The position numbers and the translations under genes are program-made. Source: an uncultured virus (IMG/VR IMGVR_UViG_3300042549_004140) (lineage: Duplodnaviria > Heunggongvirae > Uroviricota > Caudoviricetes). From it: a DNA stretch of 64,000 nucleotides. The stretch's first letter is position 1, and every line of letters starts with the position of its first letter. The stretch is from the IMG/VR virus record IMGVR_UViG_3300042549_004140, one strand, 5' to 3'. Below the pieces are notes generated by a model. The model ran no database searches. It was not told the DNA's origin and saw only the letters and a list, made by a program, of their open reading frames with translations. This document shows, in pieces, positions 27,866 through 36,234 of the stretch.

Positions 27866-28696
27866 ATGGCAAAATCACAGTGGCCGGTAGACGGCAAACC
27901 TGGTAAGGCGTGGAAGGTAACCAGCCCGTTCGGTTGGCGCGTCCACCCTATCAAGAAAACAAAGAAGCACCACAACGGTGTTGACATCTGGAAGGGTGGA
28001 GAACCCACCTACCTAGAGGCATGGGCTGACGGAAAAGTAATTGCAGTTAAGCCTAACGACTCACCAACATCAGGCGGACATTCAGTTATTGTCCAATCAA
28101 CAGTCATGGGCAAGAAGGTCACATGGACCTACTTCCACATGGTCAAGGGTTCAATCAAAGTCAAGAAGGGTCAGCGCGTCGAAGCTGGCACAATCATCGG
28201 CAAGATGGGTATGACCGGTTTCGCAACTGGTAAGCACCTCCACTGGGAAATCTGGGCAGGACACATCAAGGGTCAGCCAATGGCAGGCTTCCACAATGGT
28301 AAGGGCTACTACAACCCAATGACTTTCTGCAAGGCTGTCATTGAGTTTGAGAGAGCTCACGTCGAAGCAGGCAAGGAAACCCCTGAAGATGCCCCAGTAA
28401 CTCTCGCTCCAACTCACTCTGTACCAGAGATCCCAACAGTTGCAGTTCCAAAGGAAGCCCCTATTGTGAAGCCAGAGGCTGTAGTTGCTGCACCAGTTGC
28501 CGCCCCTACTGCTAAGCAAATACTAAAGGTAGGCTCAAAGGGAACTGCTGTAAAGGTAGTCCAGAAGAAGATTGGTGTTGCCCCTGACGGAGCATTTGGT
28601 CCAAAGACTCAGGCTGCTTTAAAGGCATACCAAACCAAGCACGGAATCCCAGCGACAGGCGTTGTTGACGCTGCAACCTGGGCCAAACTAGGCTAA
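27866..28696 (+). CDS. M23 peptidase plus peptidoglycan-binding domain (endolysin-like)
   Basis: SPFGWR.HP, HNGVD, YFHM, TGKHLHWE; C-terminal DGAFGPKT..ALKAYQ..HG...TGVVD..TW. Confidence 0.9.
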   Translation: MAKSQWPVDGKPGKAWKVTSPFGWRVHPIKKTKKHHNGVDIWKGGEPTYLEAWADGKVIAVKPNDSPTSGGHSVIVQSTVMGKKVTWTYFHMVKGSIKVKKGQRVEAGTIIGKMGMTGFATGKHLHWEIWAGHIKGQPMAGFHNGKGYYNPMTFCKAVIEFERAHVEAGKETPEDAPVTLAPTHSVPEIPTVAVPKEAPIVKPEAVVAAPVAAPTAKQILKVGSKGTAVKVVQKKIGVAPDGAFGPKTQAALKAYQTKHGIPATGVVDAATWAKLG

Positions 28697-28744
28697 CCGG
28701 AAATAAAAGTAATTATTACATAATACAATACGCCGGTAGAGAGA

Positions 28745-28777
28745 ACCCCCCACCTTTCGAGGTAGGGGGGCTTCTTT
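28745..28777. terminator. Terminator between convergent genes
   Basis: CCCCCCACCT-TTCG-AGGTAGGGGGG followed by a T-rich tail. Confidence 0.75.
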
Positions 28778-29283
28778 TACCCGCGTTGGCGGGCTTGATA
28801 GATCCAGTCGTGGACAGTTCTCACGTTTACATTAAGAATGTCAGAGAGTAGTTGAGCGATTTCCTTGACTCGGAACTGCTGAGCAAGGCTGTAAGCAGCC
28901 ACAAAACGATCTTTAGCACCGACAAACACCCCAGAATCCACATAGTAAGTGATATGACGTCTGGCAATCTCGAACTTTAGGCTCTTTGTAGGCGTTGAAT
29001 GCACCTTTGCACCCCCGTCATACACGCTTAGAATCAGGTCTAAAACGGTCTTCCGTAAGTGTACGACCTTCTTACTGGCATCTTCCAGTGTCTCACCCCA
29101 CACAGGCACACACAGGGAGCCGACAACCAGTAACTCCCCCTCAAAGTTACCGGACACCCACCACTCAGTACTATAGCCACCATCCGTCTTGATGATTTCA
29201 ACAGTTGCAAAGAACGAATCTCCACCCAGATTTATAATCTCAGGGACGTCGACAGCAACAACTTCAGTAGTTTTGTTTCTCAT
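28777..29283 (-). CDS. Protein with a C-terminal HTH
   Basis: LSDILNVNVRTVHDWIYQARQRG. Confidence 0.65.
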   Translation of the reverse strand: MRNKTTEVVAVDVPEIINLGGDSFFATVEIIKTDGGYSTEWWVSGNFEGELLVVGSLCVPVWGETLEDASKKVVHLRKTVLDLILSVYDGGAKVHSTPTKSLKFEIARRHITYYVDSGVFVGAKDRFVAAYSLAQQFRVKEIAQLLSDILNVNVRTVHDWIYQARQRG

Positions 29284-29302
29284 AGCGCCATCCTACCATA
29301 TC

Positions 29303-29782
29303 TTAGGCAGGAACGTGCGTCACCCAGTAGTAGTTGCACTTCTCGCAGCATGGCTCATTCCACGCGTCCTCCACAGCATTACAGAAGTCCACATAGAAGT
29401 AAGGGTCTTTCTTATAGAGGTTGGCTCTGTGCGTCATAACGACACGATTGAGAGCCTCTGCATTGCTAAACCACTCAGGAAGACCATAGCCCCACATGTG
29501 ACCAGCACGATCACGCAAGGCTCGCAGGTTCTCTACGTTCTTGTCTGTCTTGATGCCTCGGCGGTCAGCCTCTTCAACACACTCGAAGATATAGTTCCAT
29601 AGAGCCACCTCGTGACCTCTCCACATCTTTACTGCAGGGTGATTGCGCCATCCAGCGCGAGGGTCGTCATTACTAAGGACGTTGAGGATCTGGTATCCCT
29701 CAAGGATTTGCTTGTTTAGTCGCTTGCTGTCCAGGGCCTTAGCTGACTCACTGAACTCAATAAAAGGTAGAAATGTTTGCAT
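29303..29782 (-). CDS. Pyrimidine-dimer DNA glycosylase/endonuclease V-like (MSMEG_6728 family)
   Basis: MQTFLP...LD.KRL.KQ..E..QIL...GW.NHPAVKMWRG...HRANL..KDP.FY. Confidence 0.85.
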   Translation of the reverse strand: MQTFLPFIEFSESAKALDSKRLNKQILEGYQILNVLSNDDPRAGWRNHPAVKMWRGHEVALWNYIFECVEEADRRGIKTDKNVENLRALRDRAGHMWGYGLPEWFSNAEALNRVVMTHRANLYKKDPYFYVDFCNAVEDAWNEPCCEKCNYYWVTHVPA

Positions 29783-29953
29783 AGTTAGAAATTAGCACTA
29801 CACAAATAGTTTGTCAAGTCGAAAAACCCCCCGATTTCTCGAGGGGCTTTTCTTGACAGAAAGGAGAAACATGGCTGATAACGTCCATGCTAGTGCTGGC
29901 AACAACTCCCGCACTAACTAAATTGTATCACAATGTTTGCTAAATATGTCGTT

Positions 29954-30145
29954 TTATGCACGAACAACAAAAGCGAATCCAAGCAAGTTCCAGAGAACGT
30001 TGAACATAATAGTGGAGATAACGAACTCCCAAAGAGCACGGTCACGCGACCAGAACAAGATGATGAAGATCCCTAGAAGATAAACAAGAAGTCCCGGAAT
30101 CGAGAACAACCACGGCCCCATAGTAACTACGCCATAAGAATCCAT
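29954..30145 (-). CDS. Small membrane protein
   Basis: Two hydrophobic segments. Confidence 0.55.
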   Translation of the reverse strand: MDSYGVVTMGPWLFSIPGLLVYLLGIFIILFWSRDRALWEFVISTIMFNVLWNLLGFAFVVRA

Positions 30146-30840
30146 TATGGTGCCACGCGTCCGTTCTTGTTGAAGGCTTCATAGGTAAGAGGCATCTTCT
30201 CTGCGAAGTGGCACTCCATCTGCTCAGCAACCATTTCGATTTCACGCTGAGGGAAACTAGGGAAGTGCGTTCCCTCACGGGTAGTACGTAACGACAGGAA
30301 GTTCATCAAAGCACGAGCATTCATAGTTACATACATAGAAGAATACAAACCAACAGGAAGAACTCCACGAGCAATCTCTCGGGCTACACCAGCGTGCAAC
30401 ATCTTCTGATACTCCTCATAGGCAGCCTTGTTCGCATTGTAACTTGAGCGATAAACAGTAGCCAACTGACTAATGTCTCCAAGCTCAAACTCGTAAGCAC
30501 CTGGCTTACCTTTTTGAACCAACTTACGTTCTAGGTTAGGGACGTAGAACACAGGCTCCAGCTCCTTGTAACGTCCACTCTCCTCATTGTAAGAAGCCAT
30601 GCGGTGACGCATAAACTCACGGAACACGAAGATAGGAGCTTCAATGTAGAACGTAAAAGCGTTGTGTTCAAACGGAGAACCATGACGATCTCGCATCAGG
30701 TAGTTGATTAGTCCGGCTTCTTTTTCCGGAGTGCTCTCCACAGCACCAGTTGATACGCGGGCAGCCAGTGTTACTGCCGAGTCCGAAGCCATGCTCTGCA
30801 CAAGCTTAACGGTCATGTCACTGCGGTATTTGATTTCCAT
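30145..30840 (-). CDS. thyX: Flavin-dependent thymidylate synthase
   Basis: HGSPFEH, REFMRHRMASYNEESGRY, NARALMNFLSLR. Confidence 0.97.
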   Translation of the reverse strand: MEIKYRSDMTVKLVQSMASDSAVTLAARVSTGAVESTPEKEAGLINYLMRDRHGSPFEHNAFTFYIEAPIFVFREFMRHRMASYNEESGRYKELEPVFYVPNLERKLVQKGKPGAYEFELGDISQLATVYRSSYNANKAAYEEYQKMLHAGVAREIARGVLPVGLYSSMYVTMNARALMNFLSLRTTREGTHFPSFPQREIEMVAEQMECHFAEKMPLTYEAFNKNGRVAP

Positions 30841-30865
30841 AACGCAATACTAGCACAGCGTTTTG

Positions 30866-31045
30866 TTATTCGTCAATACGAAGATACACAATGGACGTCC
30901 ACGGGTAGAACACAGTATTACGTTTTACCTGAACAAGAACCCCTATTGAACTCTCCTCAATAACTACACCCTCAGCTGCACCCATCTCGATTACATATCG
31001 AAGTCCGATGGAAACCTTTTTTCCGACAAAGGAGTTAGTAGACAA
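30866..31045 (-). CDS. Hypothetical protein (TTG start)
   Basis: Start embedded in the upstream EEPDIVY junction. Confidence 0.6.
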   Translation of the reverse strand: MSTNSFVGKKVSIGLRYVIEMGAAEGVVIEESSIGVLVQVKRNTVFYPWTSIVYLRIDE

Positions 31046-31373
31046 TATCAGGTTCCTCAACATTCATAAGACAAACACGTTCATGTCTAATCTTACACCC
31101 TTCGCTGCAGTACCAAGTCTTACCCTCCCCCACCACAAACCTCTGATCAGACAAATCAAACTCAGACTCGCAGCACTCACAGGTCCTAAAGAACGACATT
31201 GCAGGAGGCTCAAGGCAATCCTCATTATGTAGGAGGATAGGCTCACCAGTATCTACTGCAGCCCACTCACTATAAGTCTCTTCATCTTCATCCGAAAGAT
31301 CTTCACCACATCTAAAGCAGCGGTAGTCCGGCTCAGGGTAATCCTCTATGCCAAACTCAGGCTCAGTAGACAA
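31035..31373 (-). CDS. Cys-rich protein, ends EEPDIVY
   Basis: ORF track; TTG start in the junction motif. Confidence 0.75.
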   Translation of the reverse strand: MSTEPEFGIEDYPEPDYRCFRCGEDLSDEDEETYSEWAAVDTGEPILLHNEDCLEPPAMSFFRTCECCESEFDLSDQRFVVGEGKTWYCSEGCKIRHERVCLMNVEEPDIVY

Positions 31374-31650
31374 TGTCCGGTTCCTCATATTTACCAGGAA
31401 TCAGAGATTCATCTAACCAGCGCTCCACGATACCCCTACGTTCATGCGGCTCAAGGTCCACAAACATTTGATAGGTATATTCAGTGGACTTAACGAGAGC
31501 GTATCTAGCAAACGTATCCTCAGCTATATTCATAGCGCGGTATTTGATTATGTAAGGAACATACTCTCCACCAGTTTCCCCCTGCAGTTCGAGCAGAGGC
31601 TTAGCAAAGAGAACCATACCCTTGTGATTGATTCTAATGTCAGTAGACAA
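31363..31650 (-). CDS. Hypothetical protein, ends EEPDIVY
   Basis: ORF track; TTG start in the junction motif. Confidence 0.75.
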   Translation of the reverse strand: MSTDIRINHKGMVLFAKPLLELQGETGGEYVPYIIKYRAMNIAEDTFARYALVKSTEYTYQMFVDLEPHERRGIVERWLDESLIPGKYEEPDIVY

Positions 31651-31885
31651 TATTTGGCTCCTCACCAAGATTAAGATGACTCACCACTGGTCCAGCAACT
31701 CGAATAAGTTGATTATCAGTCACAGGGTACTCTTTTCCATCTTCCGAAGCAACCATAACTACACGCTCAATATTAAAGCCATAACCACTCGTAACGATAC
31801 GAACAACCTTATAGACGTCAGCGGTGTGTATGTCAGGGCTGTTTTTAAAGACAGCGTAATCCCCAAGCTGTAAATCAGTAGACAA
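31640..31885 (-). CDS. Hypothetical protein, ends EEPNIVY
   Basis: ORF track; TTG start in the junction motif. Confidence 0.75.
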   Translation of the reverse strand: MSTDLQLGDYAVFKNSPDIHTADVYKVVRIVTSGYGFNIERVVMVASEDGKEYPVTDNQLIRVAGPVVSHLNLGEEPNIVY

Positions 31886-32171
31886 TGTCAGGCTCTTCTC
31901 CATTATTTAGGGACGTCGACAAACCTACACCATTACAGGCGTCATACCAAACTTTGATTACGCGAAGCTTCACAGGATTCGCTAACGAGTTAAAAACATC
32001 TTTGTCACGCTTAGTCTTCAAAGCCGAAAGCATGTAAGGCAGAAAAGAAAACGTAATCTCCCCACCACTCATAGCTAGCGAACGCGTCATACCAAAGTTC
32101 AGCTCAATGTCCTCTTTGTAGTTCTTAGCCACAAAAGGAAACCCACCAACTCGAAACTCAAGATCTGCCAT
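31875..32171 (-). CDS. Hypothetical protein, ends EEPDIVY
   Basis: ORF track; start uncertain. Confidence 0.7.
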   Translation of the reverse strand: MADLEFRVGGFPFVAKNYKEDIELNFGMTRSLAMSGGEITFSFLPYMLSALKTKRDKDVFNSLANPVKLRVIKVWYDACNGVGLSTSLNNGEEPDIVY

Positions 32172-32493
32172 AGTCATCTTCCAATCTTTCAATGTCTTCT
32201 TCATGGTACACACCTTTTATGATTTCCGCAACATATCCAACATCACTCCCATCATTGATTAGTCTATGAACCATACCGACGTCGACGATATAGGTTTTGC
32301 CAACCACCAAATCATACATACCAGCGCCTATGCGAGCTGACAGCCCGCCAGTAATCGGACGCCACTCTTCCGAACGAAGAGCGTGAGTTTGCAGCGACAG
32401 GCGCTTTCCAGGAAGCACCTTGAGAATCTTCATGGTAACTTCAGGGCTACTGTAAACAATCATGTAGCCGCCCCAAGGTCTCTCAATAAACAA
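32158..32493 (-). CDS. Cupin, mannose-6-phosphate isomerase type II C-terminal-like
   Basis: ERPWGGY...KILKVLPGKRLSLQTH..RSEEW...HRL.N...EEDIERLEDDYGR. Confidence 0.85.
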   Translation of the reverse strand: MFIERPWGGYMIVYSSPEVTMKILKVLPGKRLSLQTHALRSEEWRPITGGLSARIGAGMYDLVVGKTYIVDVGMVHRLINDGSDVGYVAEIIKGVYHEEDIERLEDDYGRS

Positions 32494-32707
32494 TGTCCGG
32501 CTCCTCTTTGTTAAAAACTCTAGGACTCAGCATACAGTCAATCGCGAAGATGTGGTAGAGCTTTCCATCATCATCTGTAGCGACATTACGAACGCGGTCC
32601 TCGTTGAACCCCTTATAGATAGCTCCATCGCAAACCTTGCACCTAGGCCAAGGGATAGTCTCTATACCGATACTAGAACCAATAGCGTGCTCAGCAATCC
32701 TAGACAA
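32483..32707 (-). CDS. Hypothetical protein, ends EEPDIVY
   Basis: ORF track; TTG start in the junction motif. Confidence 0.7.
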   Translation of the reverse strand: MSRIAEHAIGSSIGIETIPWPRCKVCDGAIYKGFNEDRVRNVATDDDGKLYHIFAIDCMLSPRVFNKEEPDIVY

Positions 32708-32975
32708 TCTCTGGCTCCTCTCCATCACGCTCCGTTGACTTGCTCATCCACTCAGTAACCAAAGCAACCGCCTCACTAGCAGACATACCGTCAATCACGT
32801 CCACGTCCTCCTCCTCCAGTTGCTCGCACAGAGCCTCCAAAGACAACATGAACTGTTGGTTAGGATCCTTTTCCTTAAGGATTACCATCATAGTTTTTAC
32901 AGGAAGATCTAGATACTTAGGGACGTCGACGATTCGATCCCCAATCTTCAACGACACTGTTTCTTTAGTAGACAA
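32700..32975 (-). CDS. Hypothetical protein, ends EEPEIV
   Basis: ORF track; TTG start in the junction motif. Confidence 0.7.
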   Translation of the reverse strand: MSTKETVSLKIGDRIVDVPKYLDLPVKTMMVILKEKDPNQQFMLSLEALCEQLEEEDVDVIDGMSASEAVALVTEWMSKSTERDGEEPEIV

Positions 32976-33183
32976 CGTCTGGCTCCTCACCATTGTTTTC
33001 CGGAATATAAAAGGTGTTCACTACAACAGGACCACCTATGTATTTATCGTAGCACTCATCCGAGCAAATTGCATCTTCAGCCCCGCCCTCCACGACACTA
33101 TCTGCAGCACTGAACTCACGCGCACACTCTCCGCAATACGCGATTCCGTTGTCCCAGTCCGCCTCCATACTTCTCCAGCCCAT
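32965..33183 (-). CDS. Cys-containing protein, ends EEPDVVY
   Basis: ORF track. Confidence 0.7.
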   Translation of the reverse strand: MGWRSMEADWDNGIAYCGECAREFSAADSVVEGGAEDAICSDECYDKYIGGPVVVNTFYIPENNGEEPDVVY

Positions 33184-33338
33184 TAGTAAATCACTTCCTC
33201 TTCTTCACGGTTGAAGCACTCAGGGCTAGAGAAAGTATTCTCAGCAGAGTATCGGCCACAACCACACACACAGCGCGGAGTATTTACAGCCTCGCGGAGG
33301 ATCTCCTCTAGAGACTTCTTACTATACGTTGCGCTCAC
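33183..33338 (-). CDS. Small protein, ends EEEEVIY
   Basis: Read manually: GTG start, CVCGC motif, TAATG overlap with the next gene. Confidence 0.55.
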   Translation of the reverse strand: MSATYSKKSLEEILREAVNTPRCVCGCGRYSAENTFSSPECFNREEEEVIY

Positions 33339-33499
33339 AGCGACTCAACCTTTCTTCCTTACGTTGACGTTTTGCTTGTTCATACAGGCGCTTTTGCTGC
33401 ATCAAACGCTCAAGCTTTATTTGCTTAGCGACGCGCTCACACTCTTTTTGAAAGTCGTTCATATATACATCTTAGGGACGTCGACGACATTTTGTCAAG

Positions 33500-33730
33500 T
33501 CAGAGTTCAGAAAGTTTTTCGTAGACCCAAGAGAGAACTTCTACCGCCACCGAATCTCCGGCAGCATCCTTCTCCCCAATCAGCTCTCGGAGCTTCTCAA
33601 AGAACTCAACGCGCTGACGGTCTTCACCGAGTTGCTCGGCTCTTCTAACTTGGTCCACAGCGTAGGCTTCTAGTTTTTCTAGTTCGAAGTCAATGTCTTC
33701 TAGCCCCGCGGGAGAGTGCGGATCTTTCAT
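33500..33730 (-). CDS. Hypothetical protein
   Basis: ORF track. Confidence 0.6.
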   Translation of the reverse strand: MKDPHSPAGLEDIDFELEKLEAYAVDQVRRAEQLGEDRQRVEFFEKLRELIGEKDAAGDSVAVEVLSWVYEKLSEL

Positions 33731-33749
33731 ACTTCTATTGTAACTTATC

Positions 33750-33824
33750 TGGAGCCCCCAGTGAATTCCGAGATCACAACCTCCGCTTTACAAGAGCGGC
33801 GCTCTACCGTTGAGCTATAAGGGC
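33750..33824 (-). tRNA. tRNA-Thr(UGU) with atypical T-arm
   Basis: Acceptor stem GCCCTTA/TGGGGGC plus TCCA; D arm GCTC/GAGC; anticodon arm CCGCT-CTTGTAA-AGCGG. Confidence 0.9.
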
Positions 33825-34074
33825 AGTTTGCCAGATGAATCCTTACTGGCGTGTCCGGAACCGTTCCGGCAAGGCGCATAGAAGAACCACCAAATAGCGC
33901 CTGATTCGAGATTATTCTAGCACACCTAGTCAGTCAACCTTTGCAGAACATCAAGCTGTGCTTCAATAAGGTCTAGTTTCTCACGGAGCACTTTCAAAGT
34001 AATCTCCACAATCTCAATCTTCTCTCCAAGGATTTCCCTCTGGACGTCGACGTTTTCGTTTTCTGACATAAGCC

Positions 34075-34605
34075 CTAGATTCCTTGCCTTCCTTGAGTCC
34101 AGTCAATCTTTCTACCAGAGGCTACAGCCTCTTTCACTCTACGCAACCTACCAGAGATTATGTCTTTAGATGTACCAAGCAGCTTTCCGATCTCGCTCAA
34201 TGAGAGGTCTGGATTATTGATTCGCGCCTGAAGTATGTCAAAGGTCTCCAGAGGCATACCTTCCCGTTGCTCTTCTAGGGCCTGCTTGTATAGGTGAATG
34301 CTTGCCTCCAAAGCCATTCTTGGCCGGTCAGCGTTTACGGCCCTGGCCACTACCAATGCATGACCTTTCGGCTTGTCAGTGCCCCTGGCAACTCGGCGTC
34401 TCTCCCTCTCCGTTAGACCACCCCAGACTCCAACTTCATCAAGCATTGTCAGCCCCATGTCTCGACACTCCTTTTGAACAGGGCATCTCATGCAAATAGA
34501 CTTTGCATAACGCAGGGTCTCGCGGTCATAGGCACCATCATCATCTGGAAAGAAGACGTCCAAATCTTTTTCGTCTTTGCAGACTCCTTGAGTCATATCA
34601 AACAT
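34075..34605 (-). CDS. whiB: WhiB-family regulator fused to a WhiA-like C-terminal HTH
   Basis: C..FFP..AKSICMRCPVQKEC..GVWGGLTERERR, then ARINNPDLSLSEIGKLLGTSKDIISGRLRR. Confidence 0.85.
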   Translation of the reverse strand: MFDMTQGVCKDEKDLDVFFPDDDGAYDRETLRYAKSICMRCPVQKECRDMGLTMLDEVGVWGGLTERERRRVARGTDKPKGHALVVARAVNADRPRMALEASIHLYKQALEEQREGMPLETFDILQARINNPDLSLSEIGKLLGTSKDIISGRLRRVKEAVASGRKIDWTQGRQGI

Positions 34606-34851
34606 TTATTTCTTAACCTTCTTTTTCTCCGCGATGCGAACTTTCTCGATATAGCGATCTGCCCACTTAGTGAAACTAACGACTAGGGTAATAACTATCC
34701 CAGCCGCCACAAAAAGCAGGAAGATCTGAATCTCAAGGACCTGGGTAGCTGCATAAACAAATAGCCCAAGCAGCCCAAAAAGAGCAGCGCCAAGCACAAC
34801 GTAAACAGTTGTCATCCACGAACGTGCGACATAGTATTTCCAGTCTCTCAC
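34606..34851 (-). CDS. 2-TM membrane protein
   Basis: Hydrophobic helices and a basic tail. Confidence 0.65.
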   Translation of the reverse strand: MRDWKYYVARSWMTTVYVVLGAALFGLLGLFVYAATQVLEIQIFLLFVAAGIVITLVVSFTKWADRYIEKVRIAEKKKVKK

Positions 34852-35093
34852 TCGTTCTCTCCGTCTCTATCAAACTCAACCTTGTCCGAAAACGCAATCT
34901 CGTCAATCAAGTCATTTAGGTCGTTGACTGACATTGACCCCTTAAGGACGTCGACCATCTCAGACATCTTACGCTCTAGGATAGTCAGCGTGCGCTCGCG
35001 CTCAACCTTAGTCGCGTGACAGATGGGGCAACCCATGTCGTCAGCAGGGTCCCAGCTCCAACCATGTACTTCACACTCACTACTTAGTGCCAT
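34848..35093 (-). CDS. Hypothetical protein
   Basis: CEVH...CPIC; coupled ORF. Confidence 0.65.
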   Translation of the reverse strand: MALSSECEVHGWSWDPADDMGCPICHATKVERERTLTILERKMSEMVDVLKGSMSVNDLNDLIDEIAFSDKVEFDRDGENE

Positions 35094-35529
35094 TAACTCT
35101 CTCCTTATAGTCTTTCAGAATCCAGCTCGAGCTGTTCTTCTTGTCTTCCCCACCTACGCCAAAAACGAAGTGAAGTCTTTCCGACTCTACCACCATCTCA
35201 GGGATATTCTCAAGCGTCCTATCCCCGCCATTGGCAAAGATAACCTCGTCCTCAGGGTAAAGCTCGAGAACCTGCTTAATCGCGTCTATTGCTGTACCAT
35301 CTGCGTCATCAAACTCAATAACGACGTCGACAGACTTGAACTCCTCAATGATGCCGCCACGCTCGTCAAAGGGCATGAAAGGCTCACCTTTCTTGCGAGC
35401 CAACCAAGCGTCCGAGTTGACTCCAACAATAAGGACGTCGCCCAACCCACGCGCGGCTCGGATGTACGAGATGTGACCGGAGTGCACAGGGTCGAACCCT
35501 CCGGTCACCAGAACAATCTTTTTAGGCAA
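35080..35529 (-). CDS. Cytidylyltransferase-family nucleotidyltransferase
   Basis: TGGFDPVHSGH, VGVNSD.WL.RKKG.PFM, FANGGDR, KKNSSSWIL; probable TTG start. Confidence 0.9.
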   Translation of the reverse strand: MPKKIVLVTGGFDPVHSGHISYIRAARGLGDVLIVGVNSDAWLARKKGEPFMPFDERGGIIEEFKSVDVVIEFDDADGTAIDAIKQVLELYPEDEVIFANGGDRTLENIPEMVVESERLHFVFGVGGEDKKNSSSWILKDYKERVNGTK

Positions 35530-35691
35530 TGTTAAGTTCCTTCTTAACGAACTGCCAGAAGTCCTCCATGTCCTCGATATAGATTTCATCGCTGACTTCC
35601 TGGACGTCGCCACTTCGCTTTTCGCGGAAGTAGTGCATTGAGCACATCCCCCGCCCAAAAACCTTTTTCTCGCAACTGTCAATCTTGCACA

Positions 35692-36015
35692 CTACTTCTG
35701 CTCTCCTAGCATCTCTAGTATCTGTCTTTTCAGGTCCGATAGCGCAATGTCTCCACGCATCGGAGGGTTTTTCATCATCTTGTCAATCAGGTCCAGAATC
35801 TCTTCTGTTTCCGATAGTTTCCTTATGGACGTCGACAAATCGGTCTCGAAGACCTCATCATTCGACATGGACTTACCACAGTTGCATACATACTTGGCTC
35901 CACCTTGCGGAGTCTTGTAGAAGGTGTGAATGTGCTCATCCAGAGAATACTCTTCAGTATCCTTAGCTTTCAGCGGATTGTACTTGCTGAACAGTTCAAA
36001 GAAATCTTTACTCAT
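35692..36015 (-). CDS. Hypothetical protein
   Basis: ORF track. Confidence 0.6.
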   Translation of the reverse strand: MSKDFFELFSKYNPLKAKDTEEYSLDEHIHTFYKTPQGGAKYVCNCGKSMSNDEVFETDLSTSIRKLSETEEILDLIDKMMKNPPMRGDIALSDLKRQILEMLGEQK

Positions 36016-36234
36016 ATCTACATCTTACATCCCCCCAAAGAAATATGTCAAATCAGCACGAACGCGCGGATCTAGCTCCGACACAACTTATCACGAAGCT
36101 TCGTTCAAACTTCTACCGGACGTCGAGATTTTATTATATAAAGTATCATATTGTACAGAAAAGGCCCCCCGAAGGGAGCCTCTTTTGTGCGTGTAAACTT
36201 AAACCTAAACTATTTATAATCTTATACGGTTTTA

